From Synechocystis sp. PCC 6803 substr. PCC-P (GTDB lineage: Bacteria; Cyanobacteriota; Cyanobacteriia; Cyanobacteriales; Microcystaceae), in NCBI RefSeq assembly GCF_000284455.1, contig NC_017039.1, positions 3,360,001 to 3,392,000 on the forward strand: DNA of 32,000 bases, given 5' to 3'. Positions within the stretch are counted from its first letter, which is position 1, and each line of letters starts with the position of its first letter. The translations under genes and the position numbers were made by a program. Under the pieces are notes generated by a model. The model worked only from the letters and a program-made list of their open reading frames with translations, was not told where the DNA came from and made no database searches. Shown here piece after piece: positions 19,370 through 27,854 of the stretch.

Positions 19370-20224
19370 ATGATGGAAGAAGAATCCCTAGAAAAGCTCG
19401 AAGAAAGTCTAGAACAGATCGACCCTGAGGAGGATTTGGAAGAGGATTACACCCAACATCTCTTTGCCCATCCCCGGGAAGCAGGGGGAGATAACCAGGT
19501 ACGTCCTACAGATGATGAATTTAATCTTCCCTACAGCATTAATGGCCATGCCCTGTACGCCACCCTGGAGCTGACCCTGAAGCCCGGTCAAATTGTCCTT
19601 GTTGATGCCAATGTAGTCACTGCCATGGACCGTTCTGTTCTCTTTGTTAACAAATTGCGGGGGGGATTGTTGGATGTCCTCCGTAAAGCCCTAGGGATAG
19701 ATACCCTATTTCTTAACCAATTTACGGCAGAACAAAGCGTTGGCCACCTGCAATTGGCGCCAGCCCTACCGGGGGATATTTGTCATTATTTTTTAACCAC
19801 AGAAAAAGGTATTTATCTCCGGGCAGATAACTTCCTGGCCTGCCAACCAACGGTGAAAATTGACACTAATTTCGCCAGTATGAAGCATTTTTATAACGAT
19901 AGTGAGAGTTTTTTATTGCGTTTAGTCGGACAGGGGGATTTGTGGTTCAGTCTTTATGGTGGTTTGGTGCAGGTTTCCATGAACGGCGATCTGGCCTATA
20001 ATCCCGATTACATTGTTGCATTTGAAGATACCCTGGATTACCAAATGACTAAACAGGAGGGGCTCGCCGTCGATCGCCTACGGGGGGACGTGTGGGGTGG
20101 TAAGGGTAGATTGTGCCGCTTCACTGGCCAGGGGAAAATTTGGCTCCAGGCCCGTCAGGCCAATAGCTTTTTGAACTATGTCCAATCAATTTTGCTCAAT
20201 TTACGTTTTCCCCGACTGAATTAG
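19370..20224 (+). CDS. AIM24-family protein (paralogue 3 of 3) with acidic N-terminal extension
   Basis: Acidic N-terminus MMEEESLEKLEESLEQIDPEEDLEEDY, then the family pattern ...SVGHLQLAPALPGDICHYFLTTEKGIYLRADNFLACQP...GGLVQVSMNGDLAYNPDYIVAFEDTLDY. Confidence 0.8.
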   Translation: MMEEESLEKLEESLEQIDPEEDLEEDYTQHLFAHPREAGGDNQVRPTDDEFNLPYSINGHALYATLELTLKPGQIVLVDANVVTAMDRSVLFVNKLRGGLLDVLRKALGIDTLFLNQFTAEQSVGHLQLAPALPGDICHYFLTTEKGIYLRADNFLACQPTVKIDTNFASMKHFYNDSESFLLRLVGQGDLWFSLYGGLVQVSMNGDLAYNPDYIVAFEDTLDYQMTKQEGLAVDRLRGDVWGGKGRLCRFTGQGKIWLQARQANSFLNYVQSILLNLRFPRLN

Positions 20225-20401
20225 GGGGATCAACGCATTTACGGAGGACTTGGGCCATGGTAGGATTACCAGGTGAAATTAGGTTATGGGCATTAAAAAT
20301 AAGCTTTTGCTTCAACGAATTAGAGCGGAAACTCACACCACTTTTGATCCGCAGTCGAAATTAAAACCACTACAAACATCACAACTTTTTTGGCTAGACC
20401 G

Positions 20402-21196
20402 ATGACAATGGGGGACGATCTCTGGGGATGGCAGAACATCAATGGTTCACCCTATCTCACCTGTGCTTTGTTGGCTCCCTGGCCCCATGCCTTTTTCACC
20501 AGAGCCTTCTATCCCCAATTGCCCGAACAACTGATCACCTATCTTGATCCCCAAGGAAAAGCTTTCCGGGTCAAACAGGTTCATGGGGACGTAACCCTAA
20601 CGGCAACGGAAATTGGCCAAACTCCCTTGGCCCCAGACAGTACCCATCCCCCAGCGGATGGCATCATTAGCGACGCTCCCCACCAAGGGGTCTGGGTGGC
20701 CAGTGCGGACTGTACCCCGGTATTGATTGGCGATTTGATTGGTAAACGTGTGGCGGCGATTCATGCAGGCTGGCGGGGGACCAAAGCCAGAATTGTGCCC
20801 AAAACCATCGATAAATTTCTGGCCCTGGGTAGTGAGTTAAAGGATTTACGGGTTGCCCTAGGCCCGGCGATCGCCGGAGAGGTGTATCAAGTCGATCCCT
20901 GGGTGGCCTTGGAAGTGGGGCAAAGTGTGCAAGCAGTACAAAAATTAGCGACAGAAGAACAGCAATGGGACCATTTATCCACCATGGTGAACCCGCCCGT
21001 GTTACCTGATGCAGAACCGGAAAAATATCGCCTTGATGTGCGTCGCATCAATCAATTGCAACTGTTAGAGTTAGGTTTTGCCCAGGAACAGATTGCTGTG
21101 GCCCCCCACTGTACTTTCCAAATGGAAGAACTTTTTTTCTCCTATCGCCGTACCCACACCAAGGAGGTGCAATGGTCTGGCATTGTCAGTTACTGA
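20402..21196 (+). CDS. pgeF: Laccase-domain (PgeF/YfiH, polyphenol oxidoreductase/purine nucleoside phosphorylase) protein
   Basis: FRVKQVHGDV, DGIISD, VASADCTPVLIGD, AAIHAGWRGT and HCTFQMEELFFSYRR. Confidence 0.9.
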   Translation: MTMGDDLWGWQNINGSPYLTCALLAPWPHAFFTRAFYPQLPEQLITYLDPQGKAFRVKQVHGDVTLTATEIGQTPLAPDSTHPPADGIISDAPHQGVWVASADCTPVLIGDLIGKRVAAIHAGWRGTKARIVPKTIDKFLALGSELKDLRVALGPAIAGEVYQVDPWVALEVGQSVQAVQKLATEEQQWDHLSTMVNPPVLPDAEPEKYRLDVRRINQLQLLELGFAQEQIAVAPHCTFQMEELFFSYRRTHTKEVQWSGIVSY

Positions 21197-21403
21197 CGCG
21201 GAGACAAAATGGGAAATCACTCACGCCTCGTCTCAATTTTTTCCTTGGTTAGTGGTTGGGGCGATGTTGACCAACTATTACAGTTAGGGAGCGACAAATA
21301 TTTTGACCTCCGTACCGGCAGCACCCCCTCCTTTTTTACAGACTTTGGGAGGTTTTGCAAAGTTCAGGAGGAGGTCAACGTTAGAGTTCAGCAAATTAAC
21401 AAA

Positions 21404-21673
21404 TTACTTTTTCGCATTTTCTTTAAAATCCTTATCCACCACAAAACGGTTAGCCACGGTTTCCGGTTGAATAGCCGAAAGAATTACCTGATTAGAGTCC
21501 ATAATGATCACAGCCCTGGTACGTCGGCCATAGGTGGCATCAATTAACTGACTACGTTCCTTGGCATCGCTGATAATCCTCTTAATGGGAGCGGATTCTG
21601 GACTGACAATGGCAACAACCCGATTGCCAGAAACAATATTGCCAAAGCCAATGTTGATGAGTTGAATTTCCAT
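21404..21673 (-). CDS. RemA/DUF370-family regulatory protein
   Basis: [76 protein letters not shown] is a full-length DUF370/RemA signature. Confidence 0.92.
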
Positions 21674-21932
21674 AGATTAGGGTGGATGGGAAATGGGAGG
21701 AGAGGGGGAAATGATCGCTTAGGTATTTATTAGAAGCAATGGTTAGCCTTTAAGAGTAAATGTCTGTTTGTCCCGTAATTTAGCTAACTGAGTTAAATTA
21801 TGGCCAATTTCAGCCTATCCCTCCTTTTACTTTCGACTTTCAGGGCTTTTTCCGCGTCTATCCAGAGATAGATTAATCCGGAAAATTAGGACGAACCAGC
21901 GGATTTATCGTCAAATTGCCCAATATTTCCGG

Positions 21933-23417
21933 TTGTATCCACGGAAACTCCCCTTTGTCAACTTTCATGGAATTTTCATGCCCTTTGTTGCCATTGCTTT
22001 CGCCAAAATTTTTGATACCCTCGACGCCACCACCCTAAGTTTTGGGCGCACCCAACTTTCCCTCTTGGATTTATTCCAGTTGGCCCTATCTGCCCTAGCC
22101 ATATTCGTTTTAACCCACTACCTCAATCGGGTTTTACGGAGCATTGTTCTACGGCGTTTTATTTATGAACAAGGCATCCGCTACATTGTGGCCAATTTGT
22201 TGAGCTATGGTTTGGGTTCTTTTTTGTTCATTGCCATGCTCCAAACCAGTGGCATTAACCTCTCTTCTCTCACGGTGGTGGGGGGCACCCTTGGGCTAGG
22301 GATTGGTTTAGGTCTGCAAAATGTGACCCGTAATTTTGTTAGTGGGGTAACTCTGCTGGTGGAGCAAAAGGTCAAAATTGGCGACTATATCCGCTTTCAG
22401 AACATTCAGGGTTATGTGCGGGAAGTATCCACCAGGGCCGTGGTGGTGGGACTCAAGGATGGCTCCAAAGTAATTTTGCCCAGTAGTCTACTGATCGAAA
22501 ATCAGGTGATTAACTATCATTACGAAACGCAAACGGTGCGTTTGACCGTGGCCGTGGGGGTGGCCTATGGCACTGATCCGGTGTTGGTGACGGAAACCCT
22601 TTTGATGTGTGCCTATAGCCAAGCCTGTGTGGTCAAAACTCCCCCAGCCCAGGTGATTTTCCAGAATTTTGGCGACAATGCGTTGGAATTTGAGCTTTGG
22701 GTCTGGATTGAAGAGCAATACATGGGCCAGCATCCGGAAATTCTTAGTGCCCTACGCTACACTATTTGCTTTTACTTTAAGCGCAATGGCATTGGCATCC
22801 CTTGGCCCCAACGGGAACTCTGGCTTAAAAATCCCGAGGCGATCGCCAAATATTTTCACCCGGATTTGGATTTGCCCAGCCTGTCTGACCCAGCGCCCCA
22901 AGAACCGACCATTTCCCTCAGTCAGGTTTTGAAATCGAGTGACTATTTCAGTGGCTTAAACGAGTTGGAAATTCGCCAGTTGGTGGAAATTGGCCAGTTA
23001 CAATCCCTGCAATCGGAGGAGGTGCTTTTTCGGGAACGGGATCCAGCCGATGGCTTTTACATTGTCATTTCTGGGCTGGTGGAAGTCTATACGGAGAAAC
23101 TGGGTCGGGTACTGGCGAGTTTGGGACCTGGTAGTTTCTTTGGTGAATTAGCCTTGATGCTGGGCATTCCCCGCACTGCCTCGGTTAAAGCTAAGGAAAA
23201 ATCTCTCCTGTTTGTGGTGCGATTTCCCCAATTTGAACAATTGCTACAAAGCAATCCTGATTTCCGTGAAGCTATTATCAATGCGTTGGGGGAACACCAA
23301 GGGGAATTAATGCGCCGCAAAGAAGAACTGGCCACCAAGGGTCTCCTTACTTCGGAAGAGGAAGATAGTAATATTATGAACTGGGTGCGTAAACGGCTCC
23401 AGCGGCTATTTGGTTAG
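21933..23417 (+). CDS. Small-conductance mechanosensitive channel (MscS)-family protein with C-terminal cyclic-nucleotide-binding domain
   Basis: TM segments, then LSSLTVVGGTLGLGIGLGLQNVTRNFVSGVTLLVEQKVKIGDYI (MscS TM3/beta domain), and a C-terminal cNMP fold (VLFRERDPADGFYIVISGLVEVYTEKLGRVLASLGPGSFFGELALMLGIPRTASV). The 5' end is uncertain. Confidence 0.9.
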   Translation: MYPRKLPFVNFHGIFMPFVAIAFAKIFDTLDATTLSFGRTQLSLLDLFQLALSALAIFVLTHYLNRVLRSIVLRRFIYEQGIRYIVANLLSYGLGSFLFIAMLQTSGINLSSLTVVGGTLGLGIGLGLQNVTRNFVSGVTLLVEQKVKIGDYIRFQNIQGYVREVSTRAVVVGLKDGSKVILPSSLLIENQVINYHYETQTVRLTVAVGVAYGTDPVLVTETLLMCAYSQACVVKTPPAQVIFQNFGDNALEFELWVWIEEQYMGQHPEILSALRYTICFYFKRNGIGIPWPQRELWLKNPEAIAKYFHPDLDLPSLSDPAPQEPTISLSQVLKSSDYFSGLNELEIRQLVEIGQLQSLQSEEVLFRERDPADGFYIVISGLVEVYTEKLGRVLASLGPGSFFGELALMLGIPRTASVKAKEKSLLFVVRFPQFEQLLQSNPDFREAIINALGEHQGELMRRKEELATKGLLTSEEEDSNIMNWVRKRLQRLFG

Positions 23418-23468
23418 GGACTGAAGACCACGGACGGACAATTTTTACTAATTATTCCTGAGGTTATT

Positions 23469-23789
23469 ATGGGCAATCGATCTCGTTTTGGGGCATTGAC
23501 ATCCCTTGGTTTAATCGTTGTTGCTCCCTTGGTTCTGATTCTGAGTCCCAATTTTTCGGCCATGGCTACGGAACCGACCCAGACCCAGCTACAAACGGCG
23601 GCCAAACTTGTTTGCCAAGCTTTGAGTGAAGGTAAATCCCCCGATGTGGCCAGGGATGCCGCTAGGGCATATTTAATCGCCGAAGTGGGTAGTCGTGATT
23701 TGCTAAATGCCGATAATGTTCGCCAAAAACTACGGCCGGAAGTGATCAAGCAATGCCCTGGCCAAGCGATGAAACTCATTGGCCGCTAG
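23469..23789 (+). CDS. Small exported hypothetical protein
   Basis: 106 aa with signal-peptide-like N-terminus (LTSLGLIVVAPLVLILSPNFSAMA), preceding scpB on the same strand. Confidence 0.6.
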   Translation: MGNRSRFGALTSLGLIVVAPLVLILSPNFSAMATEPTQTQLQTAAKLVCQALSEGKSPDVARDAARAYLIAEVGSRDLLNADNVRQKLRPEVIKQCPGQAMKLIGR

Positions 23790-23831
23790 ACCTTGCTAAC
23801 AAATAAACAACCTCGATAATTTGTCCTGCTA

Positions 23832-24320
23832 ATGCGTCTTGCCACCACCATTGAAGCGATCCTTTATCTCCAGGCTAAACCGGTGGCGATCGCCGACTTG
23901 GTCAGCATCAGTGGTCAGGAAAAGGCCTCCGTGGAGGATGCCCTGATGGAGTTGATGGAGGACTATGCTCACCGGGACAGTGCCCTGGAAATTGTGGAAA
24001 CTAACCAGGGTTACAGCCTGCAACTCCGGGCCGCCTTTCAACATCTGATCCAAGATTTTGTCCCCGCCGATCTCAGCACCGCGAGCCTCCGTACCTTGGC
24101 GGCGATCGCCATTAAATCCCCCCTACTGCAAACAGACTTGATCGAACTACGGGGCAGTGGAGCGTACCAACAGGTGCAGGAATTGGTGGAAACGGGTTTT
24201 GTCCGCAAAAGAAAGCAAACGGAAGGACGCTCCTATTGGCTGGAAATCACCGACAAGTTTCACCAATACTTTGAGATTGATAGTTTACCGGCGGATTTTG
24301 CTGAAAAAAAACCAAAATAA
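23832..24320 (+). CDS. scpB: Segregation and condensation protein B
   Basis: IEAILYLQAKPVAIADLVSISG, SLRTLAAIAIKSPLLQTDLIELRGSGAYQQVQELVETGFVRKRKQTEGRSYWLEITDKFHQYF are ScpB winged-helix signatures. Confidence 0.92.
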   Translation: MRLATTIEAILYLQAKPVAIADLVSISGQEKASVEDALMELMEDYAHRDSALEIVETNQGYSLQLRAAFQHLIQDFVPADLSTASLRTLAAIAIKSPLLQTDLIELRGSGAYQQVQELVETGFVRKRKQTEGRSYWLEITDKFHQYFEIDSLPADFAEKKPK

Positions 24321-24603
24321 GCAAAAAAAACATCCGATCTTCTTAAACCCATCCCCAAAAACCAGTTTCACGCTTGATCATTATCGACTTAATCCCACAA
24401 TTGCCAATGGATATGACTGCTGGGGAAACCCTAGGTTACGGACTAGGAACGGGAGGTTAACTTTGCTGAATCTGCCTCAGAGAGCTTTTTCTCACTAGTT
24501 TTACCCCGTAACTTTTCCCGCCAAAACAGCTAAAAAGATCGGGCAAGGCCGCCGACAGCCCTGATAATGGGAAGGAATTGTCGCAAGAGGGTATCAGTCC
24601 GTT

Positions 24604-26292
24604 GTGAAACCCCGTTCTTTTTTCGTTCTACTGGCCGCCGTTGCAATTTTTTCATTGGCTGTGGCCGGCTGGGGTACTGCCCTGGTACTAGGCCACAGTC
24701 CCCTTAATTTAGCCCGGGGAGGGGTGAGCCGTAGTCCCATGGCCCCAGGGTTAATTCCTGGCCAGTCACCCATTATGGTGTCTTTGCTGGTTAATCCCGA
24801 TCGCCTGGAAGCCTTTACCCAATTGGCAGTTAATCCTGGGCGGCGGCGTCGATCCCACCGGGAGTTGGCCGAGTTGGAGCAGAGTTTGCTTGCTAAAACG
24901 GGGCTGGATTATCGCAAAGAGGTGAAACCCTGGTTAGGGGAGGAAGTTACCCTAGCGGTGACAGATTTGGATTACGACCACAATGGAAGCAATGGAGCCC
25001 AACCGGGATATTTACTGGTGGTCCACAGCCGGGATCCAGAGCTGAGTCGGGAGTTTTTGCAACTGTCCTACGCCACTGCGGCGATCGCCGGAGATACGGA
25101 CCTGGTGTTTGACCGTTACCAAGGAGTCAAAATTACCTATAAACACCCCGTTAACCCAGTGCCCAACGGCAATTTACTGGCCAGTGCGGTGGTGGGGGAC
25201 TATGTTCTATTTGCCAATCATCCCCAGGTTTTGCGCCAGGCTTTAAATAGTTTGCAGGCCCCTTCCCTCAGCCTGGCCCAAACCGCAACTTACCAACAGG
25301 CCCTAGCCAGTTTAAATAACCCGAAATTGGGAATAGTTTATGCTAATTTTCCTGCCCTTGCCGCTTGGCTTGGCCAGCGACCTGCCATTGATAAAAATTC
25401 TGACCAAACGGCGATCGAACAAACTTTAACAGTGGCTTTATCTCTCCAAGCCCAGGGATTGGTGGCCCACACTGCTTTGACGGGGGTACCTAGCAATAAC
25501 CCAGGGGAAAAGGCGGAAAATGTAACTGCCATTAAAACCAATTTAGTTAACTTACCCCCCAGCAGTAGCTTGGTAATTAATGGTCAAAACCTAGCTCAAC
25601 AATGGCAACAGTTGGCCACGGGTTTAGCCCCCCATAGTCTCCTACAACAGGCCTTAAGTAAGTTAGTTTATGATTGGCAACAGCCCCTAGGTTTAGATTT
25701 AACCACTGATATTTTTCCTTGGGTGCAAGGCGATTATCAATTAATCTTTTTGCCCAAAACTAATCCGAGCCAAAATGATTGGGTATTTGCCGCCCAGGAC
25801 TTGGATGCCGCCGCCACTGACTTAGCTTTGGAACATCTAGATCAATTGGCGATCGCCGCTGGCTACCAATTATCAACTTTGGACCTGGGTGGGCAACGGG
25901 TATGGGCTTGGACTAGTCTCCAAACCCTGGCCAAGCAGAATATTACCAGCCTACAAACCCAAGTTAGGGGAGTTCATTGCCGAGTCGGCGATCGGGTAAT
26001 TTTGGCCAGTTCCCTCGAAGCTTTATCCCAAGTGTTGGACCAAACCAGTCCTTCCTTGGCTGATCAACCAGAATTTCAACAGGCATTGTCCACTTTGCCC
26101 GATGACAGTTACGTTTACCTTGATTGGCAAAGGGGAGAACCATTTTTTAGCCAACAATTACCCGTGCTCAGGGTATTGGAGTTATCGCTCAAACCTCTGT
26201 TTAAAAATTTACGATCCCTAACCATTAATCAAGAGTCTAGCTCCACTTCCATTAGCAACAGCACTATTTACCTGAATCTGGGGGTTGATTAG
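24604..26292 (+). CDS. DUF3352-like conserved cyanobacterial protein with N-terminal membrane anchor
   Basis: 562 aa; begins at GTG 24604; N-terminal TM (SFFVLLAAVAIFSLAVAGWGTALVLG); repeated soluble domain with DLTTDIFPWVQGDYQLIFLPK and DDSYVYLDW. Confidence 0.75.
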   Translation: MKPRSFFVLLAAVAIFSLAVAGWGTALVLGHSPLNLARGGVSRSPMAPGLIPGQSPIMVSLLVNPDRLEAFTQLAVNPGRRRRSHRELAELEQSLLAKTGLDYRKEVKPWLGEEVTLAVTDLDYDHNGSNGAQPGYLLVVHSRDPELSREFLQLSYATAAIAGDTDLVFDRYQGVKITYKHPVNPVPNGNLLASAVVGDYVLFANHPQVLRQALNSLQAPSLSLAQTATYQQALASLNNPKLGIVYANFPALAAWLGQRPAIDKNSDQTAIEQTLTVALSLQAQGLVAHTALTGVPSNNPGEKAENVTAIKTNLVNLPPSSSLVINGQNLAQQWQQLATGLAPHSLLQQALSKLVYDWQQPLGLDLTTDIFPWVQGDYQLIFLPKTNPSQNDWVFAAQDLDAAATDLALEHLDQLAIAAGYQLSTLDLGGQRVWAWTSLQTLAKQNITSLQTQVRGVHCRVGDRVILASSLEALSQVLDQTSPSLADQPEFQQALSTLPDDSYVYLDWQRGEPFFSQQLPVLRVLELSLKPLFKNLRSLTINQESSSTSISNSTIYLNLGVD

Positions 26293-26336
26293 CTTGGGGA
26301 AGTGCTCTCGCCATCTGAATTGGGAGCAAAGGTTTA

Positions 26337-26442
26337 GAGCCTGTTTTAAAAGCCCCCTTGGGCCCCCCAATTTTGGGGAAAAGTGAGTGAAATTCCCCCA
26401 GTATTCCGGTCGATTTAGGGGACGCAATAAAACTGTCTAAAA
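26337..26442 (+). repeat. Copy C of the dispersed intergenic element
   Basis: GAGCCTGTTTTAAAAGCCCCC..GGGCCCCCCAATTTTGGGGAAAAGTGAGTGAAATTCCCCCAGTATTCCGGTCGATTTAGGGGACGCAATAAAACTGTCTAA. Confidence 0.75.
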
Positions 26443-26520
26443 ACGTTCTTAGGGAAATTTCCTTTGCTTTGATCGGATTAGCGTTGTTCCACACTTTGGC
26501 AAAATTTTGCCGACAAACCG

Positions 26521-27153
26521 TCAAAGATCCATACCTCCCTCACTGAGCACCACATTGGGATTTTCCCCCATGCGGAGGATATGGGCCGCCGTATTGTGTA
26601 CGCCAAATTCTGCCCCCAGTTGGGCCCCCAGGGTGCCATGGATGGCCATATAGGCCATGAGAAATAGGGCAAAACCGAGATAGGCCCAGCTAACTTCATT
26701 GCGGCAATTGGTGCGCCAAACAAACCGTTGATAGCCCCGCCAAATAGTTGTGCCCACCATCATCGCCAGTAGCAGGATGCCCCCCACGCCATGGAGCAAC
26801 ATGGTAGTACCAGCGCCAATGCCCCAATCACTGACTTGATTTGTGGGAGGTTGGGCCAAAAGAATTTCAAAAAAGCCCGCCGCCACCGTGAAAAAACTAA
26901 TGAAGGCACCGGCCACGGCATTGTACCAACCCACATCAAAGAAGTTTTGGCGCTGGGCGGGAATGGCAAACCCTTTGAGAATTGGCCGCTCCAAGGGGAA
27001 AAATACGCCCGCAAAATCAAAAATTAGGGCAATGATGAATAACCCCAGACTGAAATGAACCAAATTGGGATGGATGGGAAATCGGTAGGGCAGACCATTG
27101 GTGCCTAGCTGGAGGCCAATTTCTTTGAGTTGGTCAATCAGGGAAGGGTTCAT
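26521..27153 (-). CDS. DUF2231-family membrane protein (paralogue 1)
   Basis: The frame is open to 27456, but the ATG at 27153 (MNPSLIDQLKEIGLQLGTNGLPYRFPIHPNLVHFSLGLFII) is the likely start; four hydrophobic helices. Confidence 0.85.
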   Translation of the reverse strand: MNPSLIDQLKEIGLQLGTNGLPYRFPIHPNLVHFSLGLFIIALIFDFAGVFFPLERPILKGFAIPAQRQNFFDVGWYNAVAGAFISFFTVAAGFFEILLAQPPTNQVSDWGIGAGTTMLLHGVGGILLLAMMVGTTIWRGYQRFVWRTNCRNEVSWAYLGFALFLMAYMAIHGTLGAQLGAEFGVHNTAAHILRMGENPNVVLSEGGMDL

Positions 27154-27221
27154 GGTGCGGTCAATTTCCTCAGTGAAAATGAGATGGGGGGTAAAACTTC
27201 TATTTTGAAAACTTGTTAAGA

Positions 27222-27725
27222 CTAGGGAATAATGCCGTCTTTGGTTGCTTGGACTACGGGTAGGGTGTGCAGACCATAAACCCAATCCACTAGGGAGCCA
27301 AGGAAGATTTGGATGCATACTAACACCATAAATACAGTGGCTAGCATGAGGAAAGGCAGGCTGGTTTTCAGCGGATTTCGCACCCTCAACACTCCCCGCC
27401 AAGCCGTTAACCCTGCCAAAATGGCAGACAATGACCAGCCGTTGACCGTGTGCCAATCCAATGCCGGTTGGGCCGCCGGGTAGGGCATCGCTAGAGCCGC
27501 TTCAAATTCCCCAAAAATCACTGCAAAAAAAATGGCGATCGCCGCTGTGAGCCAATTCCACCAAGCGACTTCAAAGAACCGAGGCTTTTTTTGGAGGTAG
27601 CCCACCAGTTCACTAATGTAGGCAAAGAAAACCATGCCAATGACAAAGTGGACAATGATGGGATGGAGGGTATCGGGGTAGGGCAGATTTTGGTCATTGA
27701 GGGTGAACATGGGCAGGTTCCGCAA
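27222..27725 (-). CDS. DUF2231-family membrane protein (paralogue 2)
   Basis: LPYPDTLHPIIVHFVIGMVFFAYISELVGYL parallels IHPNLVHFSLGLFIIALIFDFAG of the neighbour; four hydrophobic helices. Confidence 0.88.
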   Translation of the reverse strand: MRNLPMFTLNDQNLPYPDTLHPIIVHFVIGMVFFAYISELVGYLQKKPRFFEVAWWNWLTAAIAIFFAVIFGEFEAALAMPYPAAQPALDWHTVNGWSLSAILAGLTAWRGVLRVRNPLKTSLPFLMLATVFMVLVCIQIFLGSLVDWVYGLHTLPVVQATKDGIIP

Positions 27726-27854
27726 AGTGGTTGGGTTTGGGGGCTGAAGTTAATAGTTGCCGGTGTGGTCAGGTCAAGAACAGATTTAAATACAAATTTA
27801 GCTAATTTAAAAACTAATAAAAAATTAAAAGTAATTGGCCATAGGTTAACCCCC

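Noticed and set aside
21209-21547. 112-aa plus-strand ORF between the laccase-domain gene and the MscS gene
   Set aside because: It overlaps the strongly supported RemA/DUF370 gene on the opposite strand and has no recognisable motifs.
24321-24603. Possible small RNA between scpB and the DUF3352-like gene
   Set aside because: The only hints are an A-rich run and short repeats (CTAGG/CTAGG, GGGAAC/GGGAAG). No convincing promoter-terminator pair or fold could be supported by eye.
27154-27456. N-terminal extension of the first DUF2231 ORF (MAHGQRLVIVCHFGRVNG...)
   Set aside because: It extends into the neighbouring paralogue's 3' region with composition unlike a membrane protein leader. The ATG at 27153 gives a start matching the DUF2231 layout.
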